From NCBI GenBank assembly GCA_046292385.1, contig JBKBRF010000003.1, forward strand, positions 262,225 through 326,224: a stretch of 64,000 nt of DNA. The letters are read 5' to 3'. Origin of the DNA: Armatimonadota bacterium. Its GTDB lineage: Bacteria > Armatimonadota > SYMT01. The position numbers were made by a program, and so were the translations under genes. Under the pieces are notes generated by a model. The model was not told the DNA's origin. It saw only the letters and a list, made by a program, of their open reading frames with translations, and did not search any database. Shown piece by piece: positions 19,706 through 28,819 of this stretch; position 1 is the first letter of the stretch; every line of letters begins with the position of its first letter.

Positions 19706-21103
19706 ATGTCCCCCTCCTCCGAGCGCGGTACGCCCCACTACCAGGCCGACTTCCCGCCGGAGGAGCTCTCGGCCCGTCGCCGGCGCGTGGCGGCCGAGAT
19801 CGGCGACGGCGCCGTGGCGGTGCTCCGCGGCGCGCCGGCCACCGGGGCTTTCGACCTCTTCCGCCAGACCAACGAGCTCTACTACCTCTCCGGGGTCGAG
19901 GTCCCGCATGCCTACCTGCTGCTGCGGGGCGGCTCCGGAGAGGCGACGCTCTACCTGCCGCCGCACGACGCGCGCCACGAGCGGAGCGAGGGCGCGGTCC
20001 TGAACGCCGGCTACGCCGAAGAAGCCGCCGCGCTCACCGGCATCGAGCGGGTCCGGCCCCTCTCCGCCCTGGGCGAAGACCTGGCCGGCTGCCGCGCCCT
20101 CTACGTGCCGCACAGCCCCGCCGAGACCCGGCAGGCGTGCCGGGACACGCTGCGCTTCCGCGACCACCTGGCGGAAGCCGATCCCTGGGAGGCGAAGCCG
20201 GACGCCGACGGCCGGTTCCGGCAGCTCCTGCGGCAGCAGTGCCCGGACGCGGAGCTGCGCGACCTCTCCCCAATCCTCGACCGCCACCGCTTGCTCAAGA
20301 GCGAGCGGGAGCTGGCGCTGATGCGCCGGGCGGGGGAGCTGACCGCCTGGGCGGTGGTCGAAGCGATGCGCGGCACCCGGGCCGGCCTGCGGGAATTTCA
20401 CCTCGCCGCCGCGGCCGACTACCTCTACCTGCTCCACGGCGCACGCGGCGGCGGCTACCGTCCCATCGTGGCGAGCGGCGCCAACATCTGGAACGCGCAC
20501 TACTACCGCAACGGGGACGAGCTGCGGGAGGGCGAGCTGGTCCTGATCGACTACGCCCCCGACTACGGCTACTACACCAGCGACATCGGCCGCATGTGGC
20601 CGGTGAGCGGCCGCTACAGCCCGGTCCAGCGGGAGCTGTACGGGTTCGTGGTCCGCTACCACCAATCGCTGCTCCGCCTGCTCCGCCCCGGGGTCACGCC
20701 GGAGCAGGTCCTGCAGGAGGCGGCCGCCGAGATGGCGCCGGTGATCGCCCCGACCGGCTTCTCGAAGCCGGAGTACCGCCGGGCCGCGGAGCGAATGCTG
20801 GAGTTCCCTGGGCACCTGTCTCACCCGGTCGGGATGGCGGTCCACGACGTCGGCAGCTACTTCGGCCGCCCGATGGAGCCCGGCCTCGTCTTCGCCCTCG
20901 ACCCGCAGATGTGGGTCCCGGAAGAGGAGCTCTACGTGCGGGTAGAGGACACCGTCGCGGTGACGGCAACAGGTGTCGAGGTCCTCACCCGCGCCGCCCC
21001 CCTCGAGCTGGATGAGGTGGAGCGGGTGATGCGGGAGCCCGGCCTGCTGGACCACTACCCGCCCAACTGGCCGGTCTCGGCCGGATCCTCCCACTCCGCC
21101 TGA
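19706..21103 (+). CDS. Xaa-Pro aminopeptidase (M24B)
   Basis: FRQ....YYLSG, R.LKS..E, YTSDIGR, H.VGM.VHDVG, VRVED. Confidence 0.88.
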   Translation: MSPSSERGTPHYQADFPPEELSARRRRVAAEIGDGAVAVLRGAPATGAFDLFRQTNELYYLSGVEVPHAYLLLRGGSGEATLYLPPHDARHERSEGAVLNAGYAEEAAALTGIERVRPLSALGEDLAGCRALYVPHSPAETRQACRDTLRFRDHLAEADPWEAKPDADGRFRQLLRQQCPDAELRDLSPILDRHRLLKSERELALMRRAGELTAWAVVEAMRGTRAGLREFHLAAAADYLYLLHGARGGGYRPIVASGANIWNAHYYRNGDELREGELVLIDYAPDYGYYTSDIGRMWPVSGRYSPVQRELYGFVVRYHQSLLRLLRPGVTPEQVLQEAAAEMAPVIAPTGFSKPEYRRAAERMLEFPGHLSHPVGMAVHDVGSYFGRPMEPGLVFALDPQMWVPEEELYVRVEDTVAVTATGVEVLTRAAPLELDEVERVMREPGLLDHYPPNWPVSAGSSHSA

Positions 21104-21200
21104 GAGGAGTTCGCATTTCGGTGCGCAGAACTGCTACGCTGGAACTGGCTGCACGCCGGCCTGGCGCTGGCAGTCGTTCCCGGAATGGCGAGGTGCCGCT

Positions 21201-22340
21201 GTGAACGGTCAAGGAAACGGGGCTTCGAGGTCCGGCCTGCTATTGGAAAGCCTGCGGGTGCGAGGTTATCGACTGTTCGACGACCTCACGCTGCCTCGAC
21301 TGGGCCGAGTGAACCTCATTACCGGCAAGAACAACACCGGGAAGAGCACGCTCCTGGAGGCCATCCGGCTGTACGCCTACCGCGGCTCCCCCCACGTTTT
21401 GCTGGAGATCCTGGAAGGTCGCGACGAGTTGCAGCGTCGCAGCTTCCTGTCGACGCGAGATCTAGCTGGCGCAGCCAGTGCAGTGGAGCGAGTATTTACC
21501 AGCAAAGGCACTGACGACCTGCGGTTCAGCATCGAACCAGCGACCGGAGCACCCTCCCTCTCGGTAACACTCGATCCATTTGGGTCAATCGATCAAACGT
21601 CGACTCCAGAACAGCTACCGTTGGACGGACTAGATAGCGTGGACGTACCTGACATTCGGCCCCTGCTGCGGATTCAGTGGGCCGACAGGCGGCCTCTCAC
21701 ATACGTGTTGGATCCCAACTACCGGCCACGACGGATGGGACAATCGGCGGAGTTCTTTGCTGGCATTCTCGCCGACATGCCGGTGTGCACCTTTGTCTCG
21801 GCCACCGGGCTGGCTGCGGACGACTTACTGCAACTTTGGAATGCCGTGGATCTGACCGCGTTAGAAGAGACCGTGGTCGAGGCACTTCGGCTAATCTCGC
21901 CTGATGTCGAACGTGTCTCTGTCACTACTTCCGAATCGGGGCGGCGTCCACTGGTTCGAGCGAAGCTCGCCGAATCGGCGGAGCCGGTATCTCTGCGCAG
22001 TCTCGGCGACGGCCTGAATCGCATCTTCGGGATAGCACTCGCGTTGGTGAACTCCCGCGATGGCTTCCTGTTAGTCGATGAGGTTGAGAACGGCATCCAC
22101 TACTCCGTGCAGCCCGACATGTGGAAGCTGCTTTTCGAGGTTGCCGCGCGACTGAACGTGCAGGTCTTCGCCACGACCCACAGCTATGACTGCGTGCTCG
22201 CATTTCAGGAGGCCGCTAGGTCCCACCCAGAGGAGGGCGTGCTGGTGCGCCTGGAGCGAAAGCAGGACCGCTTCCGCGTCACGACGTTCGCCGAAGACGA
22301 GTTGGAGGTCGTCGCTCGAGAGGAGATCGAGGTTCGCTGA
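21201..22340 (+). CDS. ABC-type/AAA_21-like ATPase
   Basis: Walker A GKNNTGKS; signature SLGDG; Walker B/D-loop LLVDEVENGIH; H-loop TTHS; C-terminal EIEVR. Confidence 0.88.
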   Translation: MNGQGNGASRSGLLLESLRVRGYRLFDDLTLPRLGRVNLITGKNNTGKSTLLEAIRLYAYRGSPHVLLEILEGRDELQRRSFLSTRDLAGAASAVERVFTSKGTDDLRFSIEPATGAPSLSVTLDPFGSIDQTSTPEQLPLDGLDSVDVPDIRPLLRIQWADRRPLTYVLDPNYRPRRMGQSAEFFAGILADMPVCTFVSATGLAADDLLQLWNAVDLTALEETVVEALRLISPDVERVSVTTSESGRRPLVRAKLAESAEPVSLRSLGDGLNRIFGIALALVNSRDGFLLVDEVENGIHYSVQPDMWKLLFEVAARLNVQVFATTHSYDCVLAFQEAARSHPEEGVLVRLERKQDRFRVTTFAEDELEVVAREEIEVR

Positions 22341-22986
22341 TGCCGCGGCCGAACCCGAACCTCCTGCTCGTCGAGGGCGTGGATGACCAGCACGTAGTCT
22401 ATGCCCTCTGCAAGCGCCACGCGCTACCCGAGTGCTTCGAAGTAGTGCCGCCCAAGGGCGTTCAGCGATTGCTGCAGGCGGTTCCGGAACGTCTGCAGGA
22501 GAGCGACCGGCAGCGGGTGGGGCTGGTGCTTGATGCCGATACCGACGTGAAAGCCCGCTGGACCTCGGTTCGGAACCTGCTCATTCGGGTCGGCTATGAC
22601 CCTCCCCTTCATCCCGATCCCGCCGGCACCGTCATCGCGTCGCCCGATCCGCTCTTCGCCCCAACCGTCGGCATATGGTTGATGCCGGACAACCAGGCTG
22701 CCGGGACGTTGGAAGACTTCCTGGAGCGCCTGGTTCCGGAGAGAGATGCGCTCTTCACCCGCGCACGTCATGCGGTCGCGGCTATCCCCCGCAGGAACGC
22801 CGCTTTTCGGAGCCTCGACTGCGGAAAGCTGAGCTGCACACCTGGCTGGCCTGGCAGGAGGAGCCAGGCCAGCCGTTCGGGACTTCAATCACCGCACGGG
22901 TTCTTGACGGTGACCGCCCGCAGGCGCGGGAGTTCATAGGTTGGCTCCGCCGGCTCTACGAGATTGGGGGTGGCTCCAGCCAGTAG
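22340..22986 (+). pseudogene. DUF3226-like (TOPRIM-fold) protein split by a one-base frameshift
   Basis: LLVEGVDD, VLDAD and WLMPDN...GTLEDFL in frame 22340; the C-terminal KAELHTWLAWQEEPG...FIGWLRRLY is in another frame ending at 22986; the break is at C5 22786-22790. Confidence 0.8.
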
Positions 22987-23098
22987 CTCCGCGGACGAGC
23001 TCGGTTACAACGGTGAGGGCACCGACTCCGGATCCGCCAGGTGGCGTTTCCAGTCCGGAAAGGTGGAGGCGTAGGACGAAACGGGAGGTGCAGTCTCG

Positions 23099-23197
23099 CT
23101 AGTCGCCTTCCATCTGCCGCACGGAGCGGTAAACGATGCCGATCACAATCACGGCGGCGATGGCGAGCACGGCGATCTGCGGCAACGAGGGTTCCAA
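23099..23197 (-). CDS. Putative 32-aa single-TM small protein
   Basis: TTG start after AAGGTGGAG; MEPSLPQIAVLAIAAVIVIGIVYRSVRQMEGD; below the ORF-track cutoff. Confidence 0.5.
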   Translation of the reverse strand: MEPSLPQIAVLAIAAVIVIGIVYRSVRQMEGD

Positions 23198-23424
23198 GGG
23201 CTCCACCTTTCTACTTCGAGCGGGGTGCCCGAGGTGTAACTCTACCCCATATCGGCAAAACGCGCCCGCCGAACTGGAAACCCGCTGAGGAGCTGAGGCA
23301 GCTCCCGCGGGTCTCGGATCGCATCCGCAGCCGTGCTCCTACCGCTGCGGTCGAGAGGCACCGCCGGCATCCCGAACCGCTGCGTCCCCAGCACGTCCGC
23401 CCGCCGGCTCCCACTCAACGGCCT

Positions 23425-24828
23425 CTACCCTTCCTTCAGGGCGGAGATCAGGTCGACGACTGCCTTCTTGCCGTCCGCGAAGAGCATCAGGGAGTTCTCC
23501 GCCGCAAAGAGCGGGTTCGGGATGCCGGCGAAGCCGGGGGAGAGGCTGCGCTTGACGACCACGACCGTCCGCGCCTTGTCGACGTCGATGATCGGCATGC
23601 CGGCGATCGGGCTGTTCGGGTTGGTGCGGGCGTCCGGGTTCACCACGTCGTTGGCGCCGAGGACGATGGCAACGTCCGCCTGCTCGATGGAGGCGTTGAT
23701 CTCGTCCATGTCCTTCAGCTTCTCGTACGGGATGTTCACCTCCGCCAGCAGCACGTTCATGTGCCCCGGCATGCGGCCGGCGACCGGGTGGATGCCGAAC
23801 TCCACCGCTACGCCGCGGCCTTCGAGCAGGTGGGTGAGGTCTCGGACGGCGTGCTGCGCCTGGGAGACCGCCATCCCGTAGCCGGGGATGATCACGACCC
23901 GCTGCACGCCGTCGAGCAGCAGCGCCAGCTCGTCGACGGAGGTCGCCTTCACCTTGCCGCCGTAGACCTCGTCCGCGCTCGCAATCGTTCCCCCGGCGCC
24001 CATCCGGCCGAACATCACATTGGGGAGCGAGCGGTTCATCGCGCGGCACATGATCTGGCAGAGGATGATGCCGGAGGCGCCGACGAGCGAGCCGGAGATG
24101 ATCAGGACGTTGTTCTGGATGACGAAGCCGGTCATCGCTGCGGCGATGCCGGAGTAGGAGTTGAGCAGCGCGATCACCACCGGCATGTCGGCGCCGCCGA
24201 TCGGCTGGGTGAGGGTGACTCCGAGGATCAGGGCCAGCAGGCAGATCAGTCCGTAGACCGGCACCGCGGCACCGGGGGCGACCACGATGAACGCGCCCAG
24301 CGCCACGCTTGCCGCCAGCAGGACTCCGTTCAGCGCCTGCTGACCCGGCATGATCGCGCCGTCCGGCAGGTACTTCACGCCCTGCAGCTTGCCCCAGGCG
24401 ACCATGCTCCCGGAAAAGGTGACGGCGCCGACCAGCCCGGAGGCGACCACCGCGATGAAGAACGCGGGAGCGGTCTCGGCCTCCTGGCCGCTCGCCGCCG
24501 GCCCGAGCAGCAGCGCGCCGCCCGCCACGAGGAGCGAAGCCAGCCCGCCCACGCCATTGAAGATAGCGACCATCTCCGGCATGGAGGTCATCTGCACCCG
24601 GACGGCGGCGATCCACCCAATGGCGGCACCGACCGCCAGCCCGGCGGCGATGATGCGGAAGTCGAGCGCGGAGTCGATCAGCGTCACCACCACCGCCAGC
24701 AGCATCGCGACGGCGGAGAGCAGGTTTCCGCGGGGGGCGGTGCGGGGGTGGGCCAGGCCCTTCAGCCCCATGATGAAAAGCACGGCGGCGACGAGGTAGA
24801 CGAAGTCGAGGAGCGGTTTCGGCAGCAC
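23425..24828 (-). CDS. pntB: NAD(P) transhydrogenase subunit beta
   Basis: MTSMPEMVA, IGGADMPVVI.LLNSYSG, PGYGMAV.QAQ, HPVAGRMPGHMNVLLAE, GANDVVNP. Confidence 0.97.
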   Translation of the reverse strand: MLPKPLLDFVYLVAAVLFIMGLKGLAHPRTAPRGNLLSAVAMLLAVVVTLIDSALDFRIIAAGLAVGAAIGWIAAVRVQMTSMPEMVAIFNGVGGLASLLVAGGALLLGPAASGQEAETAPAFFIAVVASGLVGAVTFSGSMVAWGKLQGVKYLPDGAIMPGQQALNGVLLAASVALGAFIVVAPGAAVPVYGLICLLALILGVTLTQPIGGADMPVVIALLNSYSGIAAAMTGFVIQNNVLIISGSLVGASGIILCQIMCRAMNRSLPNVMFGRMGAGGTIASADEVYGGKVKATSVDELALLLDGVQRVVIIPGYGMAVSQAQHAVRDLTHLLEGRGVAVEFGIHPVAGRMPGHMNVLLAEVNIPYEKLKDMDEINASIEQADVAIVLGANDVVNPDARTNPNSPIAGMPIIDVDKARTVVVVKRSLSPGFAGIPNPLFAAENSLMLFADGKKAVVDLISALKEG

Positions 24829-24849
24829 GAGCGGTCCCTCCGTTCAGCG

Positions 24850-25125
24850 TTACCGCTTCGTGCGGAACATCTCCAGCATGCGGTGGGTGACGCGAAAGCC
24901 GCCGACCACGTTGATCGTCGCCAGCACCACGGCGGCGAAGCCGATCCAGTCGACGAGCGGAGTGCCGCGCACCAGCCACACCGCCCCGACCAGGGTGATG
25001 CCGGAAATCGCGTTGGAGCCGGACATCAGCGGCGTGTGGAGCGTCGGCGGCACCTTGGTGATGATCTCGAAGCCGATCACGATGGCAAGCACGAACACGG
25101 TCAACCCAGCAATCAGCTCTCCCAC
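24850..25125 (-). CDS. pntAb: NAD(P) transhydrogenase subunit alpha, part 2
   Basis: VPPTLHTPLMSGSNAISG; NVVGGF.VT.RML.MF. Confidence 0.95.
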   Translation of the reverse strand: MGELIAGLTVFVLAIVIGFEIITKVPPTLHTPLMSGSNAISGITLVGAVWLVRGTPLVDWIGFAAVVLATINVVGGFRVTHRMLEMFRTKR

Positions 25126-25225
25126 GCCGGTCCTCCTTTCCTCATCGCAACTTCGGAGCTCCGCCGGCAGTCAACTGCCGGGGAACGAGCCGCGCTTGGC
25201 AGCCTCCGTCCGCACAGACTGAACC

Positions 25226-26380
25226 CTAGACCCTAGACCCTAGCAATTCCAGTACGCGCGGATGGACGATCTCCCCGTTCCGCGTCACCAGCGTGCCGGC
25301 GATGATCTCGTCGTCCGAGCCGACCCGCGGCTCTCCGTCTTTCATCAGGTGGAGCAGGAAGGTGACGGCGTTCTTCGCGTACATCTGGCTGGCGTGATAC
25401 GGCACGGTGGAGGGGAGGTTCGTGGGTCCCAGGATCTTCACGCCGCTGTCGACGATCGTCTCGCCCGCTTGCGTCAGCTCGCAGTTGCCGCCCCGCTCCG
25501 CGGCGAGGTCGACGATGACGGAGCCCGGCGCCATCCCGCGCGCGGTATCCGCGGAGATCAGGCGCGGCGCGGGGTGGCCCGGCACGGCAGCGGTGGTGAT
25601 CACCACGTCGCTCTCCCTCACCGCCTGCGCCATGCCGGCCTGCTGCTTCAGCTTCTGCTCCGGCGTCAGCTCCCGCGCGTAGCCGCCCTGGCCCTCCGCG
25701 CCCTCGCCGAGATCGATCTCCAGGAAGCGGGCGCCCAGGCTCTCCACCTGCTCCTTCACCACGGGGCGGACGTCGAACCCGGTCACCACCGCGCCGAGCC
25801 GCTTCGCCGTCGCGATCGCCTGCAGCCCGGCGACGCCGGCGCCGACCACCAGCACCTTCGCCGCGGCGATGGTGCCGGCCGCCGTCATCATCATCGGGAA
25901 GATCCGGGGCAGCTCCGCCGCGGCGAGGAGCACCGCCTTGTAGCCGGCCAGGTTGGCCTGGGAGGAGAGCACGTCCATGCTCTGCGCGCGGGTGATGCGC
26001 GGGATCAGCTCCAGCGCGAAGAGGGCGAGGTCCCGCTCCGCCAGCGCCCGCGCCTCCTCGAAGGCGGAGAGCGGCTCCGCATGCCCGATCACCACCGCGC
26101 CGGGGCGGAAGAGCGGGAGGTCGAGCCGCCCGAATTCCGGATTGGCGCCGAGCGTGCGCACCTGCAGCACGATCTCCGCCTCGGAGAGCACGTTCTCCCG
26201 CCCCGCCACTACCTCCGCGCCCTGCTCGGCGTAGTCGTGGTCCAGAAAGCCGGCCGGCTCCCCCGCGCCGCTCTCCACCAGCACGTTCAGACCCGCCTTG
26301 CGGAGCGAGGGCACCAGGCCCGGCACCAGCGCCACGCGCCGCTCGCCCGGGTAGGTTTCCGTCACCACGCCCACGTTCAT
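25226..26380 (-). CDS. pntAa: NAD(P) transhydrogenase subunit alpha, part 1
   Basis: ERRVAL.P, PRITRAQSMDVLSS, GAGVAGLQAI, GGYA.E, DLAAE.GGNC. Confidence 0.96.
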   Translation of the reverse strand: MNVGVVTETYPGERRVALVPGLVPSLRKAGLNVLVESGAGEPAGFLDHDYAEQGAEVVAGRENVLSEAEIVLQVRTLGANPEFGRLDLPLFRPGAVVIGHAEPLSAFEEARALAERDLALFALELIPRITRAQSMDVLSSQANLAGYKAVLLAAAELPRIFPMMMTAAGTIAAAKVLVVGAGVAGLQAIATAKRLGAVVTGFDVRPVVKEQVESLGARFLEIDLGEGAEGQGGYARELTPEQKLKQQAGMAQAVRESDVVITTAAVPGHPAPRLISADTARGMAPGSVIVDLAAERGGNCELTQAGETIVDSGVKILGPTNLPSTVPYHASQMYAKNAVTFLLHLMKDGEPRVGSDDEIIAGTLVTRNGEIVHPRVLELLGSRV

Positions 26381-26481
26381 GCGCCACCCTCCTGCAGGTC
26401 AACCCCGTCGCTGCCGGGAACGGAGTCGTGCCGTTCGGCTGTTCCTGGATCGGCCCTTACGGTCCGGTTAGCACTTCACGC

Positions 26482-27132
26482 ATGCAACTCCTGCGCCGGC
26501 GAACCCTCGGCCTGCTGATCGCCCTCGCTGCAGCGGTGCTGGGAGTCGGTCTCGGAGTCTCGCGCTACGCCGCGGCGCAGCGAGCGCGGGCGACGAAATC
26601 GCTCGTCCGGGCGATCGAGAAGGATGAGAGCGCCACCCGAATCGCAGGGCTACTCGCCGCGGGAGCCGATCCGAACGCGCGCCTGCCGGACGGCAATTCG
26701 CTCCTGAGACGGGCGATGCAGCCGCGTGACCCGTCTGTGTCAGAGCTCTCACTGCACGCCGGAAAGACACCCTTGATGCTCACCCATAATGTGGAAAGTG
26801 CTCGGGCGCTCGTCGCGGCCGGAGCCAGCGTCCACGCGCGTGACAGCGCGGGAGCAACGGCGCTTCACCACGCGGCAGGCAAAAATGCGGCGTCGCTGGT
26901 CGGCTATCTGCTGAGATGCGGCGCCAATCCGCATCAGCGGGACCGGCACGGCGAAACGCCTCTATCGATCGCCCTCACCTCACTCTACGCAGCGGTCGGC
27001 CCGACCACTGGCCGGAAGCTCACTTCCGCGGAAGAAAGCGAGGTCCGGCAAGACGTGGCTTTCTACGCGGAAGCCGGCGTGCCGGCCGCGAAGATCGTGC
27101 TCTTCCTGCGGCGTGCCGGGGCGAGGGAGTGA
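26482..27132 (+). CDS. Ankyrin-repeat protein with N-terminal signal/TM
   Basis: GADPN, GKTPLM, GATALHHAA, GANP...D..GETPL. Confidence 0.8.
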   Translation: MQLLRRRTLGLLIALAAAVLGVGLGVSRYAAAQRARATKSLVRAIEKDESATRIAGLLAAGADPNARLPDGNSLLRRAMQPRDPSVSELSLHAGKTPLMLTHNVESARALVAAGASVHARDSAGATALHHAAGKNAASLVGYLLRCGANPHQRDRHGETPLSIALTSLYAAVGPTTGRKLTSAEESEVRQDVAFYAEAGVPAAKIVLFLRRAGARE

Positions 27133-27139
27133 CCGGCGG

Positions 27140-28060
27140 CTACCGCGGCTCGATCAGCAGCGGGATCGGCCACTTGCGCAGCAGCAGGTAGAGCGGGATC
27201 AGGAACGCGCAGATGATGAGGCCGCCCAGCACGCCTGCGTAGCCGGCGGCGAGCCCCGCCTCCAGCAGCGTGAGTCCCAGGAACCCGTACTGCACCGCTT
27301 CCGCCACGGCGGGCCGGCGGGGCTCGAAGACGGCGCCGACGAACCGCGGCAGGGTGAGCGGGACGAAGAGCAGGAAGAAGATCAGGGCGTCGTTCCGGTA
27401 CTCGAAGTGGGTCCCGGAGAGGTAGACGAGCAGCGCCAGCGCCGCCGCGACGTGCAGCAGCCCGGCGAAGCCGGTGGAGGGCGGCGCGCCGGGCTGGCGG
27501 CTGCCGCGCAGGACCGCCCAGCCGATCATGTAGAGCCCGAACGGGAGCGCCACGACCAGCAGCCGCTCGAACATCTCCGTGCCGGCGGAGAAGCCGAGCG
27601 CCAGGTTGACCAGGCGCGCCGCGCCGAGCACCAGGAAATTGAGGCCCCAGATCTGCTTGGCGGTGGCGGAGTAGAGCACCACCAGCACCGCCAGGCCCAT
27701 CCCCAGCGCGCCGGAGCGCAGCCCCGGCACCATGGAGATCAGCATGCCGGCCACCAGCAGCGCCCAGCCCAGCGTCCACGCCGTCTGCGCCGGGATCCGT
27801 CCGGAGGGGAGGGGGCGGTCCGGCGCGCGCTGCGCGTCCGCCTCGCGGTCGAAGTAGCTCCCGAAGAGCCCCCCCGCGGCGAAGAGCAGCCCGGACGCCA
27901 GCGCCAGCACGTACGGCTTGGGCCCCGGCACCAGGCTCGCGGCGGTGGCGCCCGCCAGGCACTCCGCCACCGCGGAGACCACGACCGGCGGGTTCAACAG
28001 GGCGAAAAGATCCAGCAGGGGCGGCGGAGGCGGGCTGGTGCTGCGGCTCGAGGGTCTCAT
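27140..28060 (-). CDS. UbiA prenyltransferase family protein (EboC-like)
   Basis: Multi-TM; YFDREAD..R.PDRPLPSGRI; G..R..NL.LG. Confidence 0.75.
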   Translation of the reverse strand: MRPSSRSTSPPPPPLLDLFALLNPPVVVSAVAECLAGATAASLVPGPKPYVLALASGLLFAAGGLFGSYFDREADAQRAPDRPLPSGRIPAQTAWTLGWALLVAGMLISMVPGLRSGALGMGLAVLVVLYSATAKQIWGLNFLVLGAARLVNLALGFSAGTEMFERLLVVALPFGLYMIGWAVLRGSRQPGAPPSTGFAGLLHVAAALALLVYLSGTHFEYRNDALIFFLLFVPLTLPRFVGAVFEPRRPAVAEAVQYGFLGLTLLEAGLAAGYAGVLGGLIICAFLIPLYLLLRKWPIPLLIEPR

Positions 28061-28207
28061 CTTAAAGGCAAAAGTATAAAGGCTAAAGGCTAAAGGGGGA
28101 ACCGGCTGTGTACAGAGCCGTCGGCCTTGAGTTGCTCGCGGTTCCGAGGTGGGAGCCGATCGCCCATTCTGCCTTTTGCCTTCTGCCCTTAACGTTCCGC
28201 CTTTGCG

Positions 28208-28290
28208 TTTTGGTTGGACTAAACCGCCTAGTTAGGCGTCATTGACGCTCAGGGGGGCCGATGATATACTCGCTTTAAGGTTCCGCTGAA
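28208..28290 (+). promoter_or_regulatory. feo promoter with candidate DtxR-family boxes
   Basis: TTGACG-N17-TATACT (28242-28270); TTTTG-N6-CTAAA (28208-28223) and TTAAG-N6-CTGAA (28275-28290). Confidence 0.6.
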
Positions 28291-28342
28291 CCGGGAGCGC
28301 CAGGTGGTGCCGCTGCTCCCATCCTCCACTGGTGAGCCGACG

Positions 28343-28561
28343 ATGATTGCCCTGAGCGCCGTCCGACCCGGGTCTGCCGTCCGCATCCGCAAGCTGGAGG
28401 GCCAGCCGGAGCTGTGCCTCCGCCTGCGCGAGATGGGCTTCTGCGAAGATTCGGTCATCCGGTGCCTGCAGGCGTCCCCCTCTTGCGTCTGCCTGATCCA
28501 GCACTCCCGGGTCGGCCTGAGCAGCCAGATCGCGCGCCAGATCCTGGTCGAGCCGGTCTAA
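28343..28561 (+). CDS. feoA: FeoA family protein (Cys-rich)
   Basis: RLREMGF; SH3-like size; first gene of feo operon. Confidence 0.8.
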   Translation: MIALSAVRPGSAVRIRKLEGQPELCLRLREMGFCEDSVIRCLQASPSCVCLIQHSRVGLSSQIARQILVEPV

Positions 28562-28579
28562 GGCTGCGGGAAGTAGAGC

Positions 28580-28819
28580 ATGCCCGAGAGCTCCCTGAGC
28601 CAGCTCCGCCCGGGTCAGTCGGCGAAGCTCCTCCGCGTGGAAGGCCAGCCGTCGGTGCGCCAGCGGCTGCAGGAGATGGGCCTGATCCGCGGCACTACCG
28701 TGCAGTTCGTCCGCGCCGCCCCCTTGGGCGACCCCATCGAGATCCGTGTCCGCGGCTATCACCTCTCTCTACGCCGCCAGGAAGCGGAGGCAGTGATCGT
28801 GGAGCGCGAGGGAGAGTGA
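28580..28819 (+). CDS. feoA: FeoA family protein
   Basis: RLQEMGL..G, APLGDPIEI.VRGY.LSLRR.EA. Confidence 0.93.
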   Translation: MPESSLSQLRPGQSAKLLRVEGQPSVRQRLQEMGLIRGTTVQFVRAAPLGDPIEIRVRGYHLSLRRQEAEAVIVEREGE

